The notes: generated by a model not told the origin, from the sequence alone. 64,000 bases of DNA from Phoronis australis (GCA_002633005.1 NMRA01000022.1:1356518-1420517), one strand, 5' to 3'. Numbered from the stretch's first letter, positions 26,514 to 39,486 are shown. Program-made: numbers and translations.

Positions 26514-27726
26514 CTGAAAAATATGAACAGAAATACCACCCGCATTTCACTTGTTTTTCTATCTGCTGGATAGTGCATGTATATGGGGCTGCTGCCGGGT
26601 TTCGAAATACAGTTCATGTATTACCAGGGTCACACTTACACAAACATTTTATTTTATAGCACAGAACCACATATTCTTTGGATTCTAAAAAACTCGTTTG
26701 CACAAAAGCAACATCAGGATGCGTGTATTTTTCATAAAATACGATTTTCCAACTTTTTTACTTTTGATTTTTAGTTAAAAAAGACTGTCAATGTAGGAGT
26801 TTTCTCCAAAGACTTCTTACCGAAGAACGGCTTGNAATTCCTTTATTCAAAATAGGTAACTGTTTTGAAAGACACTTTTTGTTCACGGTTCCATTACTTG
26901 CCCAATTTTTTCTCTTTTGCCCTACTAAATCGGGGGATGAGTTGTATGTGACAGGGGGTCGAAATCGAGACCAAAATTAGGACGTAGTAAAATGTCGGTT
27001 GTATGCCAAATTTTCCTGTTTGCGAAATTCACACTCCCCCAAACATCACTAGCAACAGACTAAAATCGGAAATCGAAAATTAAAAACTCCCAAATGTTCA
27101 TGGAGTATACGTAAGTGTTCATGACAGCTTAATTCTGAACATAAATGACCTGAACAGAAAATACAAGGTATTGTTCCAAAAATGATGCCTAAGGAATTAT
27201 TGCGATACCCAGTGAAAACTTGTGCTCTGAGCAAACGTTACATCACTACAAATATTAGGTGCATTTTAAAAAAGAAACCACTGTGAGGCTGTGACGCTAT
27301 TTATTACAGTTTATGAGAAAAAATTTGGGAATAACTTAATAAAAAGTCCTCCCTAACTAGTGTTCAATAATATCGACCGATGCATTCTTCTACAACATTA
27401 CATTTTTGCTGTAGCAGAAGTAATTTGTTATTTTACTTGTGTGAAATCTTAAGCCTCGGGATTTTGACGAATATTTCAAGAGGTTTTGCCCATGTCATAA
27501 ATCTGAGACTCGTGTATGATTTTCTATGTCTCTATCAGCAAGTTATCAGGTAATGACTATACGCAGTAATATGCATGATATTACGTTTCACGAAAACGGA
27601 CGAATTTCGTATCGAACGATGAGCGTGGTTCTAACCGCATCATCGTCATTCATTAATGCTTTCTTCTTAACGATGATACCCCACGGGACTCTCGCGGCCC
27701 AATGGCGAGGCATACTTCAATGAACA

Positions 27727-28337
27727 TCAAATCCTCTGTATTTTAACAACTGAACTTTTCAAAAGTACATGTACATGTTTTCCTGAATTGTAATATTTCA
27801 TGCATTTGCTGCTATTGTTTTGCCAACAATTACCGCAAGTGGGATAATGGCTATTCAAGGCTACACGTGCACACGCTTTAAACCACCATCCACCAGATCT
27901 ATCTTCTGCGCAATTTTTGTTTTCATGTTCGTCATTATCATGGTCAATTGTCGAAAAATGAGCTCCGTTGAGTTGGTTCATCGAAGTTCCAGGATCTGAA
28001 ACACTATTAGCAGATAAGTATAATTTGTATTTCTTTTTCTCATTGGCAGTTGAGAATGAACTATGTTCACGTGTTACACTCTTGCCATTCCATTTGGTCA
28101 TTATGTATTGAATTTTGTACTGAGCCTGCTGGGTTACATAGTGAATGTTGTCATTGCCGAGCCACATCTCTCCTCCGACGTCACCAAAACCATTCTTATA
28201 GTCATTCCAGTTCCTATTGAAATCGACGCTTCCGTCGATTCTTCGCTGGATAACCATCCACCCTTCATCGCAGACCACGGTAAAAGATTTGTGACTGTTA
28301 AATGGTCTGATGCGCAGAATGCCAGTATAGTGAATGC
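27727..28337 (-). CDS. FReD (ficolin/angiopoietin-like fibrinogen C domain) terminal exon
   Basis: tttttcag acceptor; GWMVIQRRIDGSVDFNRNWNDYKNGFG, EMWLGNDNIH, FSTIDHDND, GGWWF. Confidence 0.92.
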
Positions 28338-28719
28338 CTGAAAAATATGAACAGAAATACCACCCGCATTTCACTTGTTTTTCTATCTGCTGGATAGTGC
28401 ATGTATATGGGGCTGCTGCCGGGTTTCGAAATACAGTTCATGTATTACCAGGGTCACACTTACACAAACATTTTATTTTATAGCACAGAACCACATATTC
28501 TTTGGATTCTACAAAACTCATTTGCACAAAAGCAACATCAGGATGCGTGTATTTTTCATAAAATACGATTTTCCAACTTTTTTACTTTTGATTTTTAGTT
28601 AAAAAAGACTGTCAATGTAGGAGTTTTCTCCAAAGACTTCTTACCGAAGAACGGCTTGTTGTGGGATATATTGTCTCAGTCAACAACAGATGCCGAGTAC
28701 GATAATATATACCACTTAC

Positions 28720-28999
28720 CAGTGGCGGATTTAGGGGGGGGCAAGGGGGCCATGCCTCCCTATAATTCTCCCAGATACCATTTGGCAGTTCGGGTGCAAA
28801 TTGCTGACTAGCACATGGGCGCAACCAGGGGGGATCGGGTTGTGAATAAACAGTGCATAGGCCCTGAACAAGCCGGTACGCAAACCCAAACCTTCGAGAC
28901 CCCTGCATCCCTACATATTAGGCTGGGCGCGCGCATCTGCCGAAATTGTGGTTATTCCTGTGCCCTCCTCCCCAACTCAAAATCCTGGATCTGCCCATG
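28720..28999 (+). mobile_element. 280-bp MITE (CAGTGGCGGAT...GATCTGCCCATG), 5-bp TSD CTTAC
   Basis: Imperfect TIRs; CTTAC at 28715-28719 and 29000-29004; other copies at 30717-31016 and 44535-44618. Confidence 0.8.
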
Positions 29000-30716
29000 C
29001 TTACATCGACACGTCTTGTCGTCAGGGTGACGTTCATGCATGTGTTCTGTGTCAATAAATGCCACCAACATCCCCACATATTGCCTCCCGGGCGTCAAAA
29101 TTTGACAGCGTTCACAGCATACATTGTAGCAACAGACAAATTGACAATTTTAAGTAGGCGCAAAGGCCTGTGTCTGAAACAATGTTTTTTTCTTTAAATT
29201 AAAATGTTTGCTCAAGTGTTTTGCATACAGCTTCATGTGCCTAATTGCTTGCAATCGCAGGTTGACGTTCTTGGTACAGGCGCATACCTTACTGCGTAAA
29301 CAGGCACCTGCACTATTCTCGACAACAGCATATGGATTCTAGCCTATGTAAAAATTTCTGCGCGACGATTATATACATATAAGATGTCCTGTTAAAACTC
29401 TCTTGTGGATGAAATTGATGGGAATAATAGGTATAACAGTTCAGATAAGTGACTAAATGTTGCAAAATTGGCTTTAAATTAATGTTTCGTATATATTTTA
29501 CAAGTAATGAACAAAAGTAATGCATTATTAATTGAACCGGGTTCGAAGAATGAAAACTGATAGGAGGGAACAAAAAAATGTTTGATTGACTTAAGGTTAT
29601 TTAATTGTCCTTTCCTACAAAACCAAAAAATGGCAGCAGTTTTCAATTGGCAACAAAATAAGTGATTGAATTAATTCACAAATTAAATCTGTTTTTGTTG
29701 ATAAAGGAAGTTGTTACATCCGAAAATTTCAAATTTCAGTTGATCCATTCTTGTTGTTTTATTTACCGATTTATATTCTTCATTTCTTGAAACAATAGTA
29801 TCCTTGGGAGGATCTGGATCGCCTTATTTAGTTTCAGATATATATTTTCTACGCAAATTAAATACATATACTTGCAGTCCATTAGTGCCTAGTATGCGAG
29901 ATGCGAGCTTTTTTGTCCGCAGCGTTCTTCATAACATTCCATGGGCGTTGGGTCAAATAGCTGAGAATATAAAAATGAGGTGCGTCTACACCTTGAGTTT
30001 CACTTTCAATCGTGGATTTACGCGGCTTGTTTGCGTAAAGCCACATACACTTAATTCTTAATAGGAGAAGCTTGAAATATTGGCGCACTGGCTTAGATAC
30101 GCACATATACGTTAGTAATCCTACGGTTGAACTAAACTGAAATTCTGTGGTGGTATTTTTTTCAGACAAATTATTTTATGAAACCGGATGCAAACTCAGA
30201 TCGGTCCAAGAGGTAAACTTAAATGATCTGAACTAGATACTTTATAAGAAGAGAAACGCCTTGCCTCAGGGACACTGCCAGTGGGTGAGACGGGCGTGCA
30301 AGGGGGTTGGAATGGGGATTTTAAATAGTGGGCCAACAAAAGTGAAAAAAAACGTCTTTTCTTTCCCAAATTTTCCTGTAAGCAAAATCAACGCTTCCGC
30401 AAACGTCCCTGGCACCAGGTGTATAGTTATCATCATAGACCATCTTTTTGGATCTTTCCTCCGTTCAACTTGCTACAACCTCGTTATGATCATCTTGAAC
30501 TTTCTTGGCCTTTCCTCTGATTCTTGATTCATCAAAATACCAGAAACTGTGGTAATCAGACAACCTTTCAACTGTGTTTCAACACAGCTGAAAGGCTAGA
30601 CGACAGTTTTTGTTGTTATTCAAAGCCCATTATTGTCGCAACCTGCGCACATTTTCATCCGGACGACAGTATGAGTCGATGTTGATGGTTTATATTGTTA
30701 CCTGGGCGACAGTGAT

Positions 30717-31016
30717 CACGGGCGGATCCAGAATTTTGAGTTAGGGCACAGGAATAACCACAATTTGGGCAGATGCGAGCCCAGCCTAAAATGTGGGGAT
30801 GCAGGGGTCTTTAATACTTGGGTTTGCGGACCTGTTGACTAAAAAAAGGCTAACGGGATTTGTTCAGGGCCTATGCATTGATTGTTCACCTCCCCTGCAT
30901 GAGTCCCTCTGGATGCGCGCATGTGTGCTAGTCAGAAATTCGCACCCGAACTCCCAAATGGTATCTGGTAAATTTTAGGGGGGTCCATGGCCCCCTTCCC
31001 CCCAAGTCCGCCACTG
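30717..31016 (-). mobile_element. Second copy of the same MITE, inverted
   Basis: Reverse-complement similarity to 28720-28999 throughout; no clear TSD. Confidence 0.78.
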
Positions 31017-31693
31017 CAATGTCTGTCAAATGCAACAATATGTGTTACAGTATGGCTATAGAATAACAGCTCTTCCCAGAGTTTCATGGAATATTAGTGT
31101 TTAAGACAGCTAAGCTCTGAAATTAATGACATGAACAGAAATAGCAAGCTTTTTGCAACAATTAACTATCTCCTGTGGTTGTTTTGACGATCTCCCGTGA
31201 AAAATCGCGTTACTTCAAGCCCCAGGAGCCTTTTAATCAAAGATCGCAAGCATGATGTTAGGCACACCATGTCATGATCTGTTCATCAGAGCGAAGCATG
31301 CAGTTTACATTCCCAGTTAATACCCGTTTTCACAAAGCACTTTACCGAATTTCTTCACGGTAAACGTTAACATTGCAACGTCGTCGCCAGTTAGTGTCGA
31401 AGAATACGAGTGAAAGCTAAGCCACATTTTAAACAAATATACAGTGTATAGAGATGGAGAAACACAACTTTCGTATTTTTCATCATAAACATCGTACGCA
31501 GGTTTGTCTTTCTGATAGTAGATACTGATACAGTACACCTCGCATAACCCTTGACTTTTACTAGCATCTAATTCAAAGTTTGGAAATATGTAAAGTACAT
31601 GTACACGTACTAAAAATTTCATTTTACTTCAAAATTTCTTGTTGGAGATAACACGATGGTTTTCAAAATGATTTGTGAGAAAAATATACGTAC

Positions 31694-31718
31694 CGGCGTC
31701 AGCACAGTCTTGGAATAT
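31694..31718 (-). CDS. 25-nt micro-exon (IFQDCADAG) supplying the FReD N-terminal DC motif
   Basis: ttcattcttttgcag acceptor, G|GTACGT donor; bridges phase 0 to phase 1 exactly. Confidence 0.75.
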
Positions 31719-31910
31719 CTGCAAAAGAATGAAAACTTAAGGTAGATTCGTGTAATATGACATGACATGCAGTTGCAACGGCGTCTTGCGTTCTCGTATA
31801 CACGTGTGCAGGTACACATGTGTATGCACTTGCTCATACATGTACAGTATGCAGGTGTAAACAAACGCGCACGCGCGCCACCACGGACACTCACACGTTT
31901 ACATACACAC

Positions 31911-32207
31911 CTTCCATCCTAGAATATTTTCTCCGGTTTTTGAAGAGGCCTCTTTCCAGTAACTACACGTGTAGCAGTTGCTTTCACCGGCTTCTTTGGT
32001 GAAGAGGAAGGTGACGCATCTCTTGTCTAAAGCGCACACGAGTGAACATTCAGTGTACTCGTCAACTGCTAGGAACGTTGTGCTACCTTCACAGCCACTG
32101 GCACTTGTCGCTTCCGTGTCAAATTCTGTAAAAATTGCCGATCCCTGAGACAGGGATATGATTCGAAAAAGCAAAGAAAGTGATGAAACCCAAACGAGAT
32201 TGACCAT
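31911..32207 (-). CDS. Exon 1: signal peptide + PAN/Apple-like domain
   Basis: Hydrophobic N-terminus MVNLVWVSSLSLLFRIISLSQG; ECSLVCALDKRCVTFLF...C pattern; AAG|GTGTGT donor. Confidence 0.8.
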
Positions 32208-32219
32208 TCTTCGTAGAAT

Positions 32220-32400
32220 TTACGGAACGTGTGAGCATTCAGTGAACCAGTCAACTGTCGAGAACGTTTTGTTGCCTTCACAACCAGCTGCAGTCGTCGC
32301 TTCAGTGTAAAACTCCTTGTCTGAGTATTGCCGATCCTTGAGACAGTGACAGGACTGGGAAAAGCAAAGATAAGGCCGACAACCAATCGAGTATGGACAT
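32220..32400 (-). pseudogene. Frameshifted, truncated paralogous copy of the signal peptide/PAN exon
   Basis: MSILDWLSALSLLFPVLSLSQGSAI, then frameshift, then EFYTEATTAAGCEGNKTFSTVDWFTECSHVP*, aligning to LSQGSAIFTEFDTEATSASGCEGSTTFLAVDEYTECSLV. Confidence 0.85.
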
Positions 32401-35400
32401 TCTTTTAAGCATTGAACAAAAGTGTATTAGCCAATAATATTCCGTCAAATATATGAATATCCACAAGTTTTAATATTGCCAATATCACTCAGAGCTGTCA
32501 ATTTCAAGTTAGTCACCCAATAATCTAATTCTAATTAAATAGTAATTGATCACTATTTACCAACTTGTTTAAGACAATCAGTTATCCGCATCTGACACCA
32601 GTCGCAAGGTGCGAAATGATTTTTGAAGCACGCGTGGTATGTTTTATTAGAAAATAGAGCATTGCACGTTGTGTACATGTGCATGAGATGCATCGATCCT
32701 CTTTCCAATGCGAATCTGAGAACGCAAGAGACTGAGAGTTTATTCATGTAGTAACTTTTTAGTTTCAAACATAAAAGTGTAAGTGAATGTATGATCTACT
32801 AGTGTATGTATGACCTTTTCGAACATAGTATGCGAACAAACTGGACCTGACGTACTTGAATTACCACATGCCTTGTATAAAGCCACAGTATATCATCCTC
32901 AACATTTCCTGTGCTCCGGCTATGAAGGATACACACTGGCAGGAATTTCAGTTTGTCTAGATTGAATTGTGGAGCTATTGATCATATCCTAATCCGGCCA
33001 AGAACACTTTATACAGAAGGGTCAAAATTTGAGTGCTTGATTCCAAGTGCTATTTAGCTTAAACTCATGAACATGGCAAATATTTTCTTCGGATACTTAC
33101 ATGTACATGTATCAGATAAGCTAACTCCGTAGGTTAAATGGTTTTGCCAACGACTACAAGGGAATTCGCACGTCATGTATAAAACAGGGCTATCTCCAGT
33201 AGTTTTAGTGTATGGCATAAGCCACTTAACGACCATTCAGATTCCCTGCATGTGCAGGTCTTGACCTCCCAAATCTCATTTAGCGGTATTGTTCGTTTCA
33301 GCTCAGCTGCACTGTAACTGATGTCGACCTCCATCGAATACACCCAGCCCTTGATTAAGATAGACCGCACTCCATTGTCGGCAGAAATTTTGTTCTACTT
33401 ACCTATGGATGTGCGTCATCCAATCTGATTTCTCAAGAGGTTTCTCAAGAGTAACTAATCACTAACCGGTGATAGTCACCAATTATTCAGAATATGAAGA
33501 TGGATACGTAGACCATAGAACCTGCTGATTTCTAAAGAAAGTCGAGCCGACTTTTCATAAGAGCTCCAGTCGTCGGTGCATCGTAATTGACCTTGATCAT
33601 GACCTCTGTCTTACTGTAACATTAAAATATTACAACTATGTCATTGATAACAAGTGATTATAAAACCGCTTTACAAACTATATCTTAGTGTCAAAACAGC
33701 CTTCTTCTCACAGGTGTATTTGCTTTTTCAAAACAATGTTACTATGTTCTTACCTTTTGTTTCATGAGATTACTTTATTACAGTACAAAGCATGTCTCAA
33801 GCGTTGTTAATGACAGGAAATTTGGATTTGTTGCATTTTTTAATCCATTTAATACTAAACAAGCACTAGATGGGTGTGCCCTCACATGAGTTGCCACAAT
33901 GTCTACTCTCTAGTTAAATTTTTACTAATAGTCTTGTTCTTTGATTAGAGCACTAACTCCTGGCGGAAAAGAGAAGCTGGGTGAGTTTTCTGCCTTAACA
34001 GAGTCACAGAAAAACAGGCCAGCAAGTGTCCGCGTTTCTACCAATTCTTAGACTCCCAAGTGTTTTGTCAGATACAAACCCTTGCTATGAATGCTGTAGT
34101 CACTCTCGGCACGCTAGCTTCTTCTGTTAAGGGAAACTTAATGTTTTTGTGTAGGTTTGCACGTTTTCAAAATTTAAGTTGCTGTAAAATAGATGATGCG
34201 AGAAATTATTTGAATGCTCAAAAATGTACATGTTGTATGGTCTGAATCTATAACAAAGTTTGGTTTGTTTGAAACAAAGCTACATATAAGTTAAGAACTT
34301 ATATTTTATTCAAGCATGGGTACGCAACTGAAGAGTGTTAAAAATAATTTGGCCATAGCCCGAGCGTTCCTTATACGCACAGCTTGGGGCTGGAAGTCTT
34401 TCACTACGAATGGAAGCTAGGCACTATGTGCATGCGTCTGTAGATGAAAGGTACATGTATGTTGAAGATTAGCTGTATTTTTATATATTATTATGAATCA
34501 TTACATAATTCGCTTTTAACAAATTAAACATGTGCATAAGTACATAATTTTTCAGACTATAGCAGAACAGAAACATTAAGTTATTATTTTAACGTATTCC
34601 TAGACAATTTGTCATATTTTCTCTCAATCCGCATACGAATCTCGTGTACTTATTTTCATGCGTGATTTGTTTATTGTCGTGTGTCTCATTGCGATTAGTC
34701 ACAAATACACTCAATTCAGGTTGGGTACAGATTCTTACCTCAATTCACATGTAGTTGGAACGAATTAATAGTGCTCTTGTTACTATAATAAATAAATAAA
34801 TACTATAGTTGGCTCTACTTAATGAAATCACAAAAAAACACAGTAAAATACTCTTGGATTGTGAAATAGACTATCTGTATGCGCTCTTCAATCTTTACTT
34901 TCTGGCCACCCTGTAGAAAGTGCATTTAGAGTTTTATCCAGCCCAAAGCCAGCCATTTCAATGCTGTCGACTTCCTTCCATGTGAATTCTGTGAGCTTTT
35001 GGAGTCACGTTTACTTCCGTGGCACTATTTGAATTGCAGTTAATGAATTCGTGCGAGTGCGTTAAGGGAAATTGACTTCCTGTAGTTCGTTCATGTAGTA
35101 CTCTTGAACATTAATATCACTAAGCCTGGGTTTAGCGAAAAAGGTAACCAAAATTCAAGTTAATTCGAATTTTTATGGTGTTGGACTACATCGACATGAA
35201 TCATATTTCTGGCACAAAATTCGCCAAAAGTCACAGGTCATTGGATTCTCTAACAATGATCGCGGATCGGATTTTCCCTGGGACATTTCGGGTTGTATTA
35301 TTCGATTTGTTTTAAATCATAACCATCTTATTCGCCAAATTCTGGTGCAGCAACGCTACTACATGCAGGTATAGCTTGCGATTTTTCTCATGTCATTAGC

Positions 35401-36829
35401 GTCTTTGCAAAAAACACCTTGGATGGGTTTTTATTTTTCCATCTGTTCATGAGTATGTAAGTACAACTGTAAGCACTATATTTTTGAAGAACACAGTTAT
35501 CGAATTTACCATAAAATTCAAACCACAAGATCTTGACTTATTGTATAATATGAGAACTGACAAGAGTTTTGCCAGGAAGACCAGCTCCCAATGTCTGTTC
35601 CAGTCGATTGTCTGTGACTGATGTTACAGAGCGACAGTCTTGCTGGAGCTGTCAGTTTTATATAGATGAGTTTATTACCCGCGCATGAGATCGGTTTACC
35701 TTGCCCGGGCAGTTATGAATTTGTGAACATAGTAAAATGGTGTTCATCTCAGAAACGGTCACAGTGAGAGTGTGGCATTACATGGAAAGCTTAAAGGTTG
35801 TGTAAGACTTCAGAGCACCACTTCTCAAAAATGGCTGGTTGGATTTTCATCAAATTTTCAGATAATATGGTTCGTGTAGTGTTATCCAAAATTCTCGCAA
35901 AAGTCTTTGAGGGTTTTAAACTTTTGCATGAGGGTCTATCAAACATTAGATTGTTTTGGTTTTTATATAAAATTAACGCGGCATAAAATAAAACCGAATT
36001 GATAATTTAGAAAACTCTACCAGGGTTCTTGAGATTTCACTTTGAATATGTAAATCAAAGGTGATTTGGTTATGCTGTTGATACCCTTGTTTTGTTGTAA
36101 ATGTACCTTTTTAGCTAAAATTTCCAAAAATTCATGGTCACGTGACCCAGTTAATGGCAGATTGATATTAATTTAAAAATTATACACTACAGGCTTTCTG
36201 CTTTCAGGAAATATATACTATTACTGAGTAGAATTCAATTGTTTTGTAAATATTTGGCTAAAGGTATAGAATTGCCCATCAAGTCCTCAACGCCCGGTTG
36301 CATGAAACAGGCCCAAACAGGGACTCGACTAAGTTCCCTAAATATGCTGCGTATTTTCGAACTTGTGAAAACATCGATTGCCCTTGTGCTGTTTTAGTTT
36401 CGTTACTGAGACAACTGTGGACTTTGATGCATATCAAGAGTAAACTCTACGTTGAATTGTCAATATTATATGGAAAATAATTAGGGATCTTTTCACGCAA
36501 CACTCCCAATTTAAGGACTGAGTCCTTATTTAATTTCAAGGAACTCTGAGCTCAGTTTTAGTTATATTATTAGGAAACGTCATTAATTAAATAGGAACTT
36601 ATAATAAAGATGAAATGATAGAAAAATGTTGCATCTGTGAGTCCATAAATACACAAATATGCGAAAACACTTAGTATCTTACTTGACTCCCTATTTACAC
36701 GTAGGACTGTTTCATGCAACCAGCCACAGGACTGTTTACAAGTTTGTGTTTTACAGCCCCGTTGAATTTATACGCCTATTTTAAACACGTCCACTGGTTA
36801 AAGTCTCCAGGACAGTTTCTGCCCGTGGA

Positions 36830-37049
36830 ATAAGCGTTATTTAATGCCACAAACTAAGGTCAGTATCACATTTTGGGGTCTGAAAGCTAAGATACTGACC
36901 GAAGGTGAAAGTCAATAGCTGGTTTATTATGTTATTACATAAGCGTTATTTAATGCCACAAACTAAGGTCAGTATCACATTTTGGGGTCTGAAAGCTAAG
37001 ATACTGACCGAAGGTGAAAGTCAATAGCTGGTTTATTATGTTATTACAT
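36830..37049. repeat. Perfect 109-bp tandem duplication
   Basis: ataagcgttatttaatgcc...gttattac at 36830 and 36939. Confidence 0.92.
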
Positions 37050-37239
37050 CCACTAAAATGTCTTTCCCTATACAGGTAACGGCGACGCTTCAGCGATTAG
37101 GAAAACGTCGGACACTGGGAACACCCTAATTCTGCCTTGTATTGTAATGAACAGCTTTAAAGTTTGCTTCGCAGTAAACAAATGGATTGAACAGCGAAGC
37201 GTCGACTAGTCGCTGCAGTGGTAACTCTCAATTTAGTTG

Positions 37240-37474
37240 ATGTTCAAATATGTTATAACTTAACTTTTCTTTTTAACAGCACAGCCCCGTCCGGCTAGAT
37301 ACATGTACGATCTTACTGGAGATTAGAGCAATTAACGAACAAAAGAGAGCTGGCCCTCCTCCAACCATCAATGCCAGAATGGAGTTAATCAGTCGTGTAA
37401 GATATTGGCTACAGGGGTCATCTTCCCAACTTGTTGTTGTGCTATAGTTGGGATCAAGGGAAAAACGCCGTAAT
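37240..37474 (+). repeat. Dispersed ~235-bp repeat, copy 2
   Basis: Colinear with 18677-18911, same orientation. Confidence 0.85.
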
Positions 37475-38352
37475 GGGTATGAGCAAAATGACCGAGTGGC
37501 AAAATATTTTCTATTTCCCCCGAGCTAAGCCTCCCATTTTTCGTTCCCACGTTGATACTGCCACATTTCAGACAGGTTTGACATCATAGGAACAATGATA
37601 TTTCTTTCAGGTTTTAGCTCTTTAAAACACGTTACTATGTCATCACTTTTTTAAACTATTGGCTCCCCTTTTCATAGGCGATCTTTTGCTCTTGCACTTG
37701 TAAAATCTATCTGTGTGCCCGCAAATATATGCGTGCTTTTATTTCATTCCACCACAATGTCTTTAAGAAATTGTCTTTCGTAACTAAGGTGGCTGACGGA
37801 ACCCGTCGGCATCAGAAACTTTGCTCTTGCCCCTTTTGTGTGGAGCACTAGCCATGATTCCAAGGCAATAAAACACTGGCTGAAATAAATCAAACTGTCG
37901 TTGACTAAAACGGGTGTTTTTTCTATCAAATTGTCTTCCGAAACTGAATTTCACGTGAAAAATTGGTCAATTTTTATGATGTCATCTTTTCTGTTGTCCT
38001 TACAGGGTATCAATGGAAGTGTGTTTAGAGTTATGCCGGACACCCAATTAGGTGTGACCTTTGAGTGCCAACAAAAGAGTGCAAGAACGCTTTAACAATA
38101 AAAAACGTGTTACCTGATCCTGGAATCTCCTTTCGTCTGGAGTTTAAACTGCACGGGATACACTTTTAACTATACCAATATACTACTTATGTTAAAAACA
38201 ATGGAAAGCACATAGGGACACATCTATAAGTTCGAGCTGAAACATTTGATAGAATTTCATTTAAACAATCCGAGAAAGGAGACGTGAAGTGCATGAACCG
38301 TTTTCCTCCGTGTGACAAATACCATGCAGACTCATAAATATGACGTCGCATT

Positions 38353-38512
38353 CGTAAAATGTAACAATGATACATTTCTCGCAGGTGCATTCGACGTAAA
38401 TTGTAACAATTACATAAAACATAACACCTTGTTACATTTTAGGAAAAGGACTAGTAACGTAAAATGTAACAATTTCGTAAAATGAAACAACTGTTACAGA
38501 TTACGGCGTATC
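38353..38512. repeat. Cluster of CGTAAAATGTAACAA motifs in both orientations (probable transposon subterminal repeats)
   Basis: Several direct copies plus inverted TGTTACATTTT copies. Confidence 0.55.
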
Positions 38513-38738
38513 ACACGTAGGCATCAGTGTTGTCGGTCGCCAGATGCTTAGGGCATTCGGGGGTGTCGTCCGACGGTCGGTGGCAGCAACGTTGTTATGC
38601 ACCTTGATGTCGGCTTCTGCATCGTCGTTTGTTTCATGGACTTCTTCGTCTTCACTTCTTCAGCCGACTTCGCCAAGTGTCATTCCTTCAGGTGCTTTCA
38701 GTTCTGTTTAAATTTCCATGTCACAGCACAAGAGTTAA

Positions 38739-39486
38739 TGGAGAAAGCAACCTTTTTCATGACACTTTTATTAAAAAATACGGTTCTTTGACTATCCCAG
38801 ACATATTTTCAGTTAATTACGGCTTCCCGTAATTTGATTAAGTAGTCGAGCTATATTCCGGAAGTGACGTTCAGGGGTTTTGAATTTCCCGCCATGTTGG
38901 TCCTGCGTTCGAGTTTACTGCCCCCCCCCACCAAAATCTGCCTATGTGACACCCTTCTTCAGGCGTTGTTTTGCAGGAACCTTTATCACTTCACATATCT
39001 CTTTCGTAATCCGACGGCAGAACATCTTTGCCACAAACTCGGTAATTCTCCACTGCTTTGAACGTTGCGTGGACGGGTAACACTGCGTTCCTCTCACGAA
39101 TGAGCCAAGTACGGCAAAGTGTGTTATATGCTGGAAAGCGATGTAATAGCATACCCAAAGTGCGCGTGAGACGATAATGAGTACATTCCGGTGACGCAGC
39201 AACCGTGAGGCATGTTGACAGGCTAGTAAACAAAAGCAAACGACGACCAAACTTATCACAGCCGAGGTGAAACAGTGACTGGCTTGACAGCTGACACAGT
39301 CAGGCTACTATGAAAATTAAATAACGGGGCATTCTAAACTTCCTAGTAAATGCCACTTCAAGAATAGGGTATGACTAATTAGTTGAATTACGAGAAGCCG
39401 TAATTAACTGAAAAATATGTCTGGGATAATCAACGAACAGTATTTTTACTACATGTAAAATGACAAGAAAATAGGTTGGTTTCTCT
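38739..39486. mobile_element. ~750-bp non-autonomous element with ~110-bp imperfect TIRs and TTAA flanks (Kolobok-like)
   Basis: atcccagacatattttcagttaattacggcttc vs gaagccgtaattaactgaaaaatatgtctgggat; TTAA at 38735-38738 and 39487-39490. Confidence 0.75.

Larger units (their letters stand above)
25000..28658. repeat. Near-identical ~1.83-kb direct duplication (25000-26834, 26836-28658) joined by a single N
   Basis: Both copies begin aattcctttattcaaaatagg and end gaagaacggcttg; they differ by scattered SNPs and three small indels. Confidence 0.95.
27727..32207 (-). other. Gene span: secreted PAN/Apple + fibrinogen-related domain protein, 310 aa
   Basis: join(32207-31911,31718-31694,28337-27727) = 933 nt, open; junctions read ...ILGWK|IFQDCADA G|IHYTGILRIRP... 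Confidence 0.8.

Noticed and set aside
28400-28470. EGF-like CKCDPG on - strand as an extra FReD exon
   Set aside because: Immediate in-frame stop and no suitable splice sites; the 31694-31718 micro-exon already closes the frame.
30370-30540. Coding-looking stretch on - (DESRIRGKAKK...)
   Set aside because: Contains a stop and no recognisable domain; at most a decayed TE fragment.
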